Source: an uncultured Verrucomicrobiae bacterium
Lineage (GTDB): Bacteria > Verrucomicrobiota > Verrucomicrobiia > Chthoniobacterales > UBA10450
Assembly (NCBI GenBank): GCA_963834385.1
Contig: CAWIBO010000001.1
Location: forward strand, 1-64,000
Length of the DNA: 64,000 nt
Reading direction: 5' to 3'
Shown: piece by piece, positions 32,465 through 42,644 of the stretch
Layout of the letters: every line of letters starts with the position of its first letter
Position numbering within the stretch: position 1 is the first letter of the stretch
Notes under the pieces: model-generated
The model's database searches: none
The model's input: only the letters and a program-made list of their open reading frames with translations
What the model was told of the DNA's origin: nothing
Translations under genes and position numbers: made by a program

Positions 32465-33653
32465 CTACTGTTCGATCCGTTTCAGGAGGAAAGCGGCCCC
32501 GACGAAGGTGACGACCGCGCCCAGGAAAAGCACAATCAGGTCAACGGTCACATACGAAATGTCAGCCCGGTAAAGGTTGGCCAGCCGGAAAGCGCGGCAG
32601 AAATGGGTCAGCGGAAAGAGCTCGGCGACGTATTGGATGAACCGGGGCAGCTGCTCCAGCGGAGCAAAAGCCCCGGAAAGAACAAACACCGGAAGGAGAA
32701 AGAAAACCGAGAACTGGATCGCCTGGGTCTGCGTGCGTGAGAAGGCGGAAATGAGCAGGCCGAGGCCAAGGGAACAAAGCAGGAAAAGCAGGCAGAGCAG
32801 CGCCAGCACGCCGCGCTGGTGAAACTCCACCCCGAAATGCCAGCCGGTCAGGACGAAAATAATGATGATCAGGATGATCGAGATGCCGAGGTAGGGCAGG
32901 ATTTTTCCGATCACGATCTCGCCCCGTCGCAGGGAGGTGACCATGAGCTGGTAAAGCGTGCCGGACTCGCGCTCGCGCGCGATTGTGCAGGCCATCAGGG
33001 TCACGGTAAGAAGCTGCAGGATCAACCCGATCACCCCCGGGGTGACGTAGTTGATGAACCGCATCTCGGGGTTGTAGAGCACGGTGCGTTCGACCGGCCA
33101 TTGTTCCATGAGCGAGACAAAACCTTTGCGCACTTCCACCGGGAGTTTTTTACCCAGCTCGATGACCTCTTCCGGCAGGGCGTCGATCACATAGGTCTGC
33201 TCGCCTTTTTGGAAATCGCCCAGCGTTTCCTGAATGCTGCCCTCGAGCTGCAGGGCGGTGTTTGTGTCGGCCCCATCCAGGTACATCTGCAGCGCCATCG
33301 GCTCGCCTTCCGCCAGCGCCTGGCTCCAGCCCGTGGGGATGACCAGCGCGGCCTGCACGTCGTTGCCCAGGAGGTCGGTCGGGTCCCCCTGCCGGGGCGC
33401 CCGTTTTTCCCAGCGAAAGGTTTCATCCTGCAAAACCAGCTCAACAAAGCGCTGGGTCCGCTCGTTCTCATCCTGGTTGATCAGCAGCGCCGGCACGTTC
33501 TTCAGTTTCCCGACCTCAAAGGCATGCCCGAAAACCAGGGTGAAAATGGGCGGCAAAATCAGGATGACGGCGAGCACCCGCGGATCCCGCCAGATGTGGA
33601 GGAACTCCTTGTAGGCAACGCTGCCAATGGCCTCAAAGGATCGAGAGCTTCAT
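32465..33653 (-). CDS. ABC-2 transporter permease; +1 indel right after the start
   Basis: YKEFLHIWRDPR, IARERESGT, LSGAFAP; ATGA overlap with the ATPase stop, followed by an extra A. Confidence 0.85.
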
Positions 33654-34600
33654 GATTCGATTGGTTTCAGGACCGCGCGGTAGCCCTGCGAATAGGCCGT
33701 GAAGACGTCTTCCATGTCCGGTTCCACCCAGCGATGCCCTGTCCAGCGAAACTCAGGGAACGGCCATTCCTTCTCCCAGCCCGCCACCAGTTTCTCCGGC
33801 TCGGCGGAATAAATGCGCAGGCTGCCGCTGCGGAGGGAAACTCCCAACACGCCCGGCTCTTCCCGCAGCCGCACCAGCGCCGCCATGAGCGCGTCCACGT
33901 CGATCTCCAAAATGCGCGCGGCGAAACTTTGTTCCAGACTGCGCGGCGATGATTTCACCAGGAGCCGGCCCCGGTCGACGAAGCCCACCTCGGTGCAGCG
34001 CTCCGCTTCATCCATGTAATGGGTGGTGACGAAGATCGTCATCCCGTCGTGGCTCAGGTCGTAGAGCAGGTCCCACATCTGCTGGCGATGCACCGGGTCA
34101 AGGCCGGAGGTCGGTTCATCCAGGAAAAGCAGCGGCGGATTGTGCACCAGCGCGCAGGCCAGGGCCAGGAGCTGCCGCATCCCGCCGGAAAGGCTTCCCG
34201 CGGGCTCGTCATGCTTGGCTTCCAGATCAGTCAGGCGCAGCAACCGCTTCGTCCGGGCCTGCAACTCGGCGTGCGGCACCCGGCAGGCGCCGCCAAAGAA
34301 CCGGATGTTCTCCTCCACCGTCAGGTCGGGATAAAGGCTGAACCGTTGCGCGACGTAGCCGAACTTCGTCCGCACCGTCTGGCGCTGCCGCCAGACATCG
34401 GCGCCCGCAATGGTTGCCTGCCCTCCAGTCGGTCGCGTCAGGCCGCAGAGCATGCGCATGGTGGTGGTTTTGCCGGCGCCGTTCGCCCCCAAAAAACCGA
34501 AGATCGCCCCCGCCGCGATCTCCATGGTCAGGCCCTCGACCGCGCGGGTGCGACCGTAGGTTTTGCTGAGATTATCGAGTTTGATGACGGGACTGGACAT
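33650..34600 (-). CDS. ABC transporter ATP-binding protein
   Basis: GANGAGKT, LSGGM, LDEPTSG, TTH. Confidence 0.93.
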   Translation of the reverse strand: MSSPVIKLDNLSKTYGRTRAVEGLTMEIAAGAIFGFLGANGAGKTTTMRMLCGLTRPTGGQATIAGADVWRQRQTVRTKFGYVAQRFSLYPDLTVEENIRFFGGACRVPHAELQARTKRLLRLTDLEAKHDEPAGSLSGGMRQLLALACALVHNPPLLFLDEPTSGLDPVHRQQMWDLLYDLSHDGMTIFVTTHYMDEAERCTEVGFVDRGRLLVKSSPRSLEQSFAARILEIDVDALMAALVRLREEPGVLGVSLRSGSLRIYSAEPEKLVAGWEKEWPFPEFRWTGHRWVEPDMEDVFTAYSQGYRAVLKPIES

Positions 34601-34677
34601 GGCGGCGGACAAGTTGTGCCCGCTCTGCGGCAGGTTTGCAACGGCCCCAGTATCAGAATAGAAGTGGTTTCCTCAAA

Positions 34678-35700
34678 ATGAAAACGCGCGGACATCATCG
34701 ACTCATCCTGGCCCTGGGGCTGGCCCTTCTCCTGACCCAGCCGGGTGCGGCCCAGGCCGACGCCCTCTCCGAGCTCGCAGGGTTTTCCGTTTTCAGCTCG
34801 GTCGACCTGAACCAGCTCGCCGCCGGGCAGGTGAAAAGCGAGCGGGGCCCGAAGATGGCCAGCCAGCGCTACCTCTCGGTCCAGACCGTTTACGTGGTCC
34901 CGCGGCCGCCGGCCCGTGAGGTCGAGTTGCTCGGGCAATGGTCGCCCACCCGGCATCCCGAGCTGAAGGTTTATCTGCACCAGGATTTGCCCGCGAGTCC
35001 CGGCGCCGAAAATTTCGCGAAGATTCGCGCGCTGCCCGACATCGGTCCGGTCCGCGCCCTGATGTCGAACAGCCAGCGTGCCTCCGATGCCATCCAGCTC
35101 AGCCAGGCGGAAATGCAAAAGCTCCGGGCGATTTCCGCGGGCGGCCCGGCGGCGCTGACCGGCTTCTGGATTGAAACGCTGGCCGCGCGCTCAAAGGCCT
35201 ACACTAATGGCGGCTCTGCCGCGCAGCCGCCCTACGAAGCCGGCGGGCAGACGATCAAGCCGGCCCAGGAACTCAACGGGTTGCTGCAATCCCAGGACCG
35301 GGTGCGCGCCCAGTTTTCCGGCCTGCTTTCCGGCACCGGCATTGGCCGCGGGGGCGGCGGGATGCGCCCACGCCACTATTGGGAACTGCTGAGCGTGGAG
35401 GACGCCGGCGTGCTCACCCTCGGCGCCGGTTACCAGCGGGCCGGGAGCAACGGCTCCTACCAGCGCGCCGACACTCTTTACTACGCCAGCGGCGGTTACT
35501 ACGTCACCCTGACCCTCTGGCACCTCTGGCCGGTAAACATCGGCGGAAAGGCCTCGACGCTGGTCTGGCGAGGCGATATGGTCTCGTCCGCATCGCTGGC
35601 CGGTCTCCGGGGAATTGAACGTCTCGGCTCCGAATCAGCCATGAAAAAGAATATCACCCGCTCGATCGACCTGTATCGGCGGGACACCGCCAACCGCTAA
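34678..35700 (+). CDS. secreted hypothetical protein
   Basis: Signal peptide ending ...AAQA; host-like codon usage. Confidence 0.7.
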   Translation: MKTRGHHRLILALGLALLLTQPGAAQADALSELAGFSVFSSVDLNQLAAGQVKSERGPKMASQRYLSVQTVYVVPRPPAREVELLGQWSPTRHPELKVYLHQDLPASPGAENFAKIRALPDIGPVRALMSNSQRASDAIQLSQAEMQKLRAISAGGPAALTGFWIETLAARSKAYTNGGSAAQPPYEAGGQTIKPAQELNGLLQSQDRVRAQFSGLLSGTGIGRGGGGMRPRHYWELLSVEDAGVLTLGAGYQRAGSNGSYQRADTLYYASGGYYVTLTLWHLWPVNIGGKASTLVWRGDMVSSASLAGLRGIERLGSESAMKKNITRSIDLYRRDTANR

Positions 35701-35713
35701 GCCTTTTCCCTTT

Positions 35714-36700
35714 ATGATGAAACGAACTGTTTGCCTCACTGGCGCCTTTCTCGCCCTGACCTTTGCCGCGCCTACATTGCCGGCGGGCACCTACACCACC
35801 TCCGACCCGATCGATAACGGCGCCGTCATCGAGGAAGAGGAGGATTACGGCATTCTCGAGTTTGATGCCGAGGCGGCCTACATCGGCGAATCTGATTTCG
35901 AGCGCGGCTTCAAGGAAGTCGATGACACCGACGAGTTTCATCACCTCCTGCGCGCGGTCTGGACGCCGTTGACCCCGATCGGCCTGCTTCGTCTCGGGTT
36001 CGAATGGGAAGGTTTCCATTTCGGCGACGATCTCTATCCGCTGCGCACCCGGGCCCCCATCATTGAGGGCGTCGTGGGGGGCAGGGGCATCGATCTTCTG
36101 CCGGACGACCTGAACGCGGTCAGCATGATCGTGGGCCTCGACACAAAATATTCCGACTCCCTGCTTTTCCGGCTCCAGGCGCAGCCGGGGTTCTACGGGA
36201 CCGACGACCTTGACGGCCACACCTTCAACGTGCCCTTCATCCTGGGCGGCTCCTACATCTACAACCCGAACCTGCAGTTCACCCTCGGGGTCAGCGTCGA
36301 TTTCAATCGCCGTTTCCCCGTTTTCCCGGGGTTCGGCGTCCGCTGGCGTCTTTCCTCGCAATGGGTCCTCAACGCCGTCATGCCCGATCCGCGACTCGAG
36401 TTCGAGATGACGCGGAACATGAAGCTCTACGCCGGGGCCTCCCTCAAGGGTGGCACCTTCCGGGTGGACCAGAATTTCGGGGCCCGCCGCTTCAATAACA
36501 ATTACAACAGCGCCGTCCTGGATTACACCGAGATCCGCACCGGTGGCGGCCTCGAATGGCAGGTCACCCCGTGGTTCAGCGTCAACGCCGAGGGCGGCAT
36601 CGTCCCCCATCGCTCGTTCGATTTCCATCGCATCGATGCGAAATACGACAGCGAGGGGATCGCTCCCTACGGAGCCCTCGCGCTCCGCGCCGCGTTCTAA
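35714..36700 (+). CDS. outer-membrane beta-barrel (DUF6268-like)
   Basis: Signal peptide, PGFY, PDPRL, GG.FR, C-terminal Phe. Confidence 0.7.
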   Translation: MMKRTVCLTGAFLALTFAAPTLPAGTYTTSDPIDNGAVIEEEEDYGILEFDAEAAYIGESDFERGFKEVDDTDEFHHLLRAVWTPLTPIGLLRLGFEWEGFHFGDDLYPLRTRAPIIEGVVGGRGIDLLPDDLNAVSMIVGLDTKYSDSLLFRLQAQPGFYGTDDLDGHTFNVPFILGGSYIYNPNLQFTLGVSVDFNRRFPVFPGFGVRWRLSSQWVLNAVMPDPRLEFEMTRNMKLYAGASLKGGTFRVDQNFGARRFNNNYNSAVLDYTEIRTGGGLEWQVTPWFSVNAEGGIVPHRSFDFHRIDAKYDSEGIAPYGALALRAAF

Positions 36701-36765
36701 GGGCACGGCTCGCGGACAACGCAGCGCCGGCGAAGTCATCGCGGCGCGTGCCGATGGGGCGTGAT

Positions 36766-38206
36766 CTACGGCGGAGAACTTTCGTCCGCGGCTTCGGCGC
36801 CGGCTTTGTCGAGCCGGCCGATGCGACGGATGGCCGGCCAGCGCCAGCCGACTCCGAGCACGGAGAGGATTGTGCCCACCCCTCCGCCCACCACGGAAAG
36901 CACCGGACCGAAAAGGGCCGCCGTCACACCCGATTCAAAGGCCCCGAACTCGTTTGAGGTGCCGATGAAAATGTTGTTCACCGCGGAGACCCGCCCGCGC
37001 ATTTCGTCCGGGGTCAGCAGTTGCACGAGCGTGTGCCGGATGACCACGCTGATGCTGTCGAAGGCGCCGGTGAGGAAAAGCATGGCGAGTGAGAGCCAGA
37101 AGTTGCGCGAGAGGCCAAAGACAATGGTGGCAAGGCCGAAGCCGGTCACCGCCCAGAGGAGCGAACGTCCGGCTTGTTTCATCGGCGGCAGGTAGGCAAT
37201 CACCACCGCCATGACAAAGGCGCCGATGGCGGGGGAAGCCCGGAGCCAGCCGAGGCCGATGGGCCCGCAATGCAGAATCTGGTCGGCAAAAATGGGGAGC
37301 AGGGCAATGGCGCCGCCGAGGAGAACGGCAAACAGGTCGAGCGTGAGGGTGGCCAGGACGATCTTGGTGCCGAGAACAAACCGCATCCCGGCGACCAGAC
37401 TTTTCCAGGCGCTGCCGACGACGCGCCGGCCCTGCTCCACCCGGCGGATCGGGATGACCAGCGCGAGAAAGGCAAAGGCGCAAAGGGCGTCAAGAAGATA
37501 AACGATGGGGAACCCGGCGTGCGCAATGAGGAAGCCGCCTGCGGCCGGGCCGACGACACAGCCGATCTGGAAAATGCTGCTGTTCCAGGTGACGGCGTTC
37601 GAGAATTTTTCGCGCGGCACCATCTTGGGAAAGAACGCGGCGCGGGCGGCCCATCCGAAGGTCCGGGCGGAGGCGGAGACAAAGACGAGCAGATAGATGA
37701 GCGGGAGGGAGAGATCGGTGAACTGGTAGGTGGCATGCCTTTCAAAGACACCGGCGACCGCGGCCAGCCAGCGGTTGCCCTCGACCAGCCAGCCATAGGA
37801 AGGAAGCGCGAGGTGTTGCCAGGATACGAAAGCCAGGGCGAGCGAACAGATCGCGCTCAGGGCCTGGGTCAGGATGATGATCTTCTTCCGGCTGAAACGA
37901 TCAGCGAAATCGCCGGCCGGGGAGCGACAGGAGGACCAGCGGCAGGGCAATGGCGAGGCCGACCAAACCGAGGGCGGTGGCCGAATTGGTGCGCGCATAG
38001 ACTTCCCATTCCACGGCGATGGTGAGCATCTGGCGACCGACGATCGAGATGAAGTTGCCCGATTCGTAGAAACGGAAATTGACGGAACGGAAGGCGCCGT
38101 AGGGATCGTGTTTCGGCGCCAGTTGGTCGACCGTGCCCTCCGCGCTGGCCGGGCGTCTTTCCCGCGGCAGTTCATAGGCGGGTTTTTGATCGTCGGGCTC
38201 GGGCAT
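36766..38206 (-). CDS. MFS transporter (EntS/secretion-effector-like); +1 frameshift ~37920
   Basis: AG.FADRFSRK, LDLFAVLLGG, MRGRVSAV. Confidence 0.85.
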
Positions 38207-38265
38207 CTCGGCGCGCGAGGCGCACGGGATTCTAGAAGCGGAACCCTGCTCCGCAACCGCCCGGC

Positions 38266-40538
38266 TTAGCGGAGCTGAAAGAGCTCCACCAGGCCGAGCC
38301 CGGTGCCGCCGCCGGCCCCGCGCACCAGGGCGGTGTATCCGCCCGGGGCCAGCCAGGTGATCAGCGCCGCTTCTTCGTCGCCGGGTGGGTTGATGGCCGC
38401 CGCCAGGAGTTCGGTTTCCTGCGCATCACGCCAGTTATCATTCGCCGCCAGGAGGGCGCCCTGGGCGTTTCGAACTTCGAGCTGCGGATCGGCCAGAACA
38501 CCGGCGAGCCCGCTCTGCGCCAGCGAAGGTCCGCGGGCGCGCACGGCCACCTTCGTATTCACGCCCGCACCCTGCACAATCAACCCGGCGATCAGGACCT
38601 CATCCGCTGAACCAATCAGCCCGCGTGTGCTGAGGTTCGCGAGCTCGGAGCCGGCCGCACCGCCCAGATCGTAAATTTCCACCAGGCCCAGGCCAGACCC
38701 ATTCCCGGCGCCGGTCATCAAGACCGTGTAGGCGCCGGGCAAAAGTTCCGCCTCGATCAGGCATTCCTCGGGATGCGCCGGCGGCAAAGTGGCCCCGCCG
38801 GAGTTCTGCCAGCTGTCGTTGCGCGCGATCAGGCCACCGCTCCCGTCGCGCAACTCAAGCACGGGATCGGCCAGGGTGCCGTGCAAACCGGCCTGCGCCA
38901 GGGACCGCCCCAGCCCCCGCACCGCCACCGTGCGCGGTCCCTCCCCCGTGACGATGAACCCGCCAATCATGAGGTTGTCGCCCGTGCCCACCATTCCGCG
39001 GGCCGAAAGATTCGCCAGCCGGCCGGTGGCCGGGGCGAGCGCCGCCTGCGTGACCGCGCCGCCCCCGGAAGATCCTCCCCCGCCATCATATTCCGGGTCG
39101 CGCGGAAACTTCGCGTAGGGCAGACGCGTCCTCTTTGAAAAAGAAACGGTCGCCCCGGATACCGGGATCAAGAAAGTCACGCAGACCGGAGGCGGCAACG
39201 AGGTCGTCCTGCTCCACGCCGTCGCCGCTCACACCCACCGCGCCGATGAGCTGGCCGTTGCGATAAAGCGGGAAGCCTCCGGGAAAAATCGTGATGCCAT
39301 TCGGGAACCGCGGGTCGGGGGGCGGGGTCGAGAAAGATTCCTGCAGTCCAAAGAACGGACCGGGTTTGCTGGCGTCGATGCCGGGCGGATAATGATTCTG
39401 CGCGAGAAAACCGACCGTCCGGGTGGAGAACGCCTGGGCGTTGTCCGAAAACCCGACGGCGGTGCGCGCCTTCTGCGCCGCGACGTCCCAGCTGAACATG
39501 GTGGCATCACCGGTGCGAAACGCGCCCAGGACGGTCGGCGGGATGAGCGGGCTGTCGGGAAAATTCACCACCACGATGTAGGCCTCCATGCGCGAGCCAA
39601 GCGGCAACCGAATCCCGGCCCGGGTCGTGCGCACGCGGTCCGCCGCGAGCTCGATGATCCCGGCGACTTCCGCCGCCGTCAGGCGAGCCTGGCCGTTGAT
39701 CGGGGACCGTAAGGGGATCGCTGATGATCGGCTGCCGCACCTGGCCGGAGACGCCGCCAAAAGTGGCCGTCGGATACGGAAACGGAGGCGGCGGCGCGAC
39801 GATCGGGAACATCGCCGCGGCGTTGCCCGTCAGCACCAGCGACCCGAGCGACGGCGTGCTGGTGTTCACGTAGGCCAGGCTGATGCCGTTGATGAAAACC
39901 TTCTCGCCAGTGATGGAACTGGACGGGGCAAATCCCTTCTGCGCCGCCAAGGCGACGTCCTCGTCCTTGTCCGACCCGGTGACAAACCCTTCCGAGCCGT
40001 CGCCGGTGACGCCGACCCCGCCGACAAGAACGCCGCCCTTGTAGAGCGGAAGACCACCCGGCGAACCGGCGAGCGAGGTGCCGGCGATGGGCGATCCGAA
40101 AGTGCCGGGCGACGAACTGGTCGGGATCAGGTCGGTCTTCTTGAACCGGTTCACATCGGAGAAAGGAAGATTGGAGAAACCGACGCCCACGAGCGGGCCG
40201 GGCGGCGTGTTGCGGACGCCGGGTGGAAAGTGGTCCTGGATGATGAAACCGGCGGTGCGCGAGGAAAAAGCGTGCTGGTTACTGCTCAGGAACGCGGCCG
40301 TGCCCGCCTTGGAAACGGCGGCGGCGATCTCAGCCGGGGTGGGTTCGCCGCCGCGCCGATTCCAGACCACCAGGACGTAGCCTTCCCGGTCGGTCACAGC
40401 GATCACGGCATTCGGCGAAATCTTGTTCGCCCGCGTGGTCGCCTGGGTGACGACGCGGGTCACGTCGGCCACCGTGAGCTGGGCGCGCGCGGTCGCGGCG
40501 AACAAAAGGCTCGCCAGCAAAAGGGGGAAGAGCCGCAT
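38266..40538 (-). CDS. secreted protein with two GlcG/HbpS-like haem-binding domains and a C-terminal NLS[AT]RG repeat domain; +1 frameshifts ~39703 and ~39133
   Basis: Two copies of KA.TA...GG.PLY..G.L.G.VGV.GDG...D, Gly linker, then LANLSARG and LANLSTRG repeats. Confidence 0.8.
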
Positions 40539-40643
40539 GAACCTCCAGCCTAGGGAATGGCCACGCTGCCGCCAAGCCAAAGCGCCGGCCGTCCGCCGCG
40601 CAGGATTGCCTCGCTCCAGCCAATCCGGCATCCTCGAAATTGA

Positions 40644-42644
40644 ATGCCCGTCTTCTCCCGAGCGTCGATCATTGCCTGCGCGCTCCTTCTTTCCGGAGGG
40701 GGCGTTCTGCCGGCGCTGTTCGCGCTGGAGGAAAACGACCGTTACCGGCCGGACGTGGCGGCGCCCCCGGCTCCGCCCACCCAGTTCAATCCCGACCCGG
40801 GTGGTGGCAAGGAAGCCGAGCCCGAGCTGCCGCCGGAGCTTTTCCCGCCGATTCTCATGGAGGAAACCGACTACGGCGAAGAGCCGCTGCCGCGCTCGCT
40901 GGAGCTCCCGCGGCGCGGCGTGCGCGAAGTCTCGCCCCGGCGTGAAACGCTCGAGCAACCGGAGTACCCGGAAGAGGCGCGCGACCTGCCGGACCGGGCC
41001 CGGGCGGTGCCAAACCGCTGGTTCATCGGCTTCGGCCGCTGGCAGCGTTACGCCGATCCCTCGCACGAAACCCCCTACCAGACGGAAGGGCTCCGGCTCT
41101 GGCATCCCTATCTGCAAAGCACCCTAAAAGGCGACGCCCCGATTATCGGCCAGGACATTTTCATGAACCTGACCGTGGCCGACTTCGCCCAGTTCGAGAC
41201 CCGGCGACTGCCCGTCCCGAGCGGGGTCTCGACCAATCTGCCGAACAGCTCCGAGTTTTTCGGGCGCGGCGAGCAGCTCTTTGTCTCGAACGACGTCCAG
41301 CTCGGGCTCGATCTTTTCCGCGGAGAGACCGCCTTCAAACCGGTGGAATGGGCCGTGCGCCTGCTCGGGGTCTACAACAGCAACATCATCGACGTGAACG
41401 AGGCCAACCTGGTCGATCCCGATCCGCGCGGGTCGGAGGGCAACAGGACCTACCGGGCCAAGGACTTCTTTTCCCTGCAGGAGGCGTTCTTCGAATGGCA
41501 CCTTCGCGATCTTTCCCACACCTACGACTTCATCTCGTCGCGCTTTGGCATTCAGCCGTTCGTGAGTGATTTCCGCGGCTTCATTTTCAATGATTCCAAC
41601 CTGGGCGCGCGGTTCTTCGGGAACTACGACAACAACCACTGGCAGTGGAACCTCGCCTTTTTCGACATGCGCGAAAAGGACACTTACTCCGACCTCAACA
41701 TTCTCTGGGAAGCGCGCGACCAGCAGATCATCATCGCGAACGTCTACCGCCAGGATTTCCTGGTGAAAGGCTACACCGCCCAGCTCAGCCTCCACGCCAA
41801 TTTCGACAACGCCAGCCGGCATTACGACAAGAACGATTTCCTGGTCCGGCCGGCCCTGATCGGCGACGTGCGCGACCATTACGTCCAGGCCTACTACCTT
41901 GGCTGGGCGGGTGACGGTCACATCGGCCGGCTCAACATCTCCCACGCCTTTTACCAGGCGCTCGGTGAGGACAGCCATAACGGCATTGCCGGACGCCGGG
42001 TCGAGATCAATGCCCAGATGGCCGCGCTCGAACTCTCGATCGACAAGGACTGGCTGCGGCACAAGGTCTCGGTCTTTTACGCCAGCGGCGACAGCGATCC
42101 GCTCGACGGCGAGGGGACGGGCTTCGACACCATCCTCGACCGCCCGTTCTTTATTGGAGGGCCGTTCAGCTTCTACGCGCACCAGGGCTTCAATCTCGCC
42201 GGCACGGCGGTGAACTTTAAGCAGCGCGACAGCCTGGTGCCGAACTTCCGCAGCAGCAAAACGGAAGGCCAGGCCAACTTCGTCAACCCCGGCGTCCTCA
42301 TCGCCGGCTACGGGGCCGACGCCGAGATCACCCCGAAACTGCGCGCGTTCCTCAACGTGAACTACGTCTGGACCGCCACGACCGAGCCGACCAAACGCGT
42401 CCTTTTCACCGATCGCGCCAGCAATGACCTCGGGCTCGATTGCAGCCTCGGGTTCCAGTTTCGCCCGCTCTTGACGGATAACATCATCGTCAGCGCCGGC
42501 GCCGGCTTCTTCGTCCCGGGCGATGGGTATCGCGATATCTACCGCGCGAACACCCGCCCGGTGCCCGGTTTTCCCGGGCCGCCCGCGGGCGAGGTGGACG
42601 ATTTCCTCTACAGCGGTCTCCTGACCATCACGCTGACCTACTGA
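40644..42644 (+). CDS. outer-membrane beta-barrel (porin-like) protein
   Basis: Signal peptide, Pro/Glu-rich linker, many aromatic amphipathic strands, C-terminal LLTITLTY; overlaps the start of the multihaem gene. Confidence 0.75.
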   Translation: MPVFSRASIIACALLLSGGGVLPALFALEENDRYRPDVAAPPAPPTQFNPDPGGGKEAEPELPPELFPPILMEETDYGEEPLPRSLELPRRGVREVSPRRETLEQPEYPEEARDLPDRARAVPNRWFIGFGRWQRYADPSHETPYQTEGLRLWHPYLQSTLKGDAPIIGQDIFMNLTVADFAQFETRRLPVPSGVSTNLPNSSEFFGRGEQLFVSNDVQLGLDLFRGETAFKPVEWAVRLLGVYNSNIIDVNEANLVDPDPRGSEGNRTYRAKDFFSLQEAFFEWHLRDLSHTYDFISSRFGIQPFVSDFRGFIFNDSNLGARFFGNYDNNHWQWNLAFFDMREKDTYSDLNILWEARDQQIIIANVYRQDFLVKGYTAQLSLHANFDNASRHYDKNDFLVRPALIGDVRDHYVQAYYLGWAGDGHIGRLNISHAFYQALGEDSHNGIAGRRVEINAQMAALELSIDKDWLRHKVSVFYASGDSDPLDGEGTGFDTILDRPFFIGGPFSFYAHQGFNLAGTAVNFKQRDSLVPNFRSSKTEGQANFVNPGVLIAGYGADAEITPKLRAFLNVNYVWTATTEPTKRVLFTDRASNDLGLDCSLGFQFRPLLTDNIIVSAGAGFFVPGDGYRDIYRANTRPVPGFPGPPAGEVDDFLYSGLLTITLTY

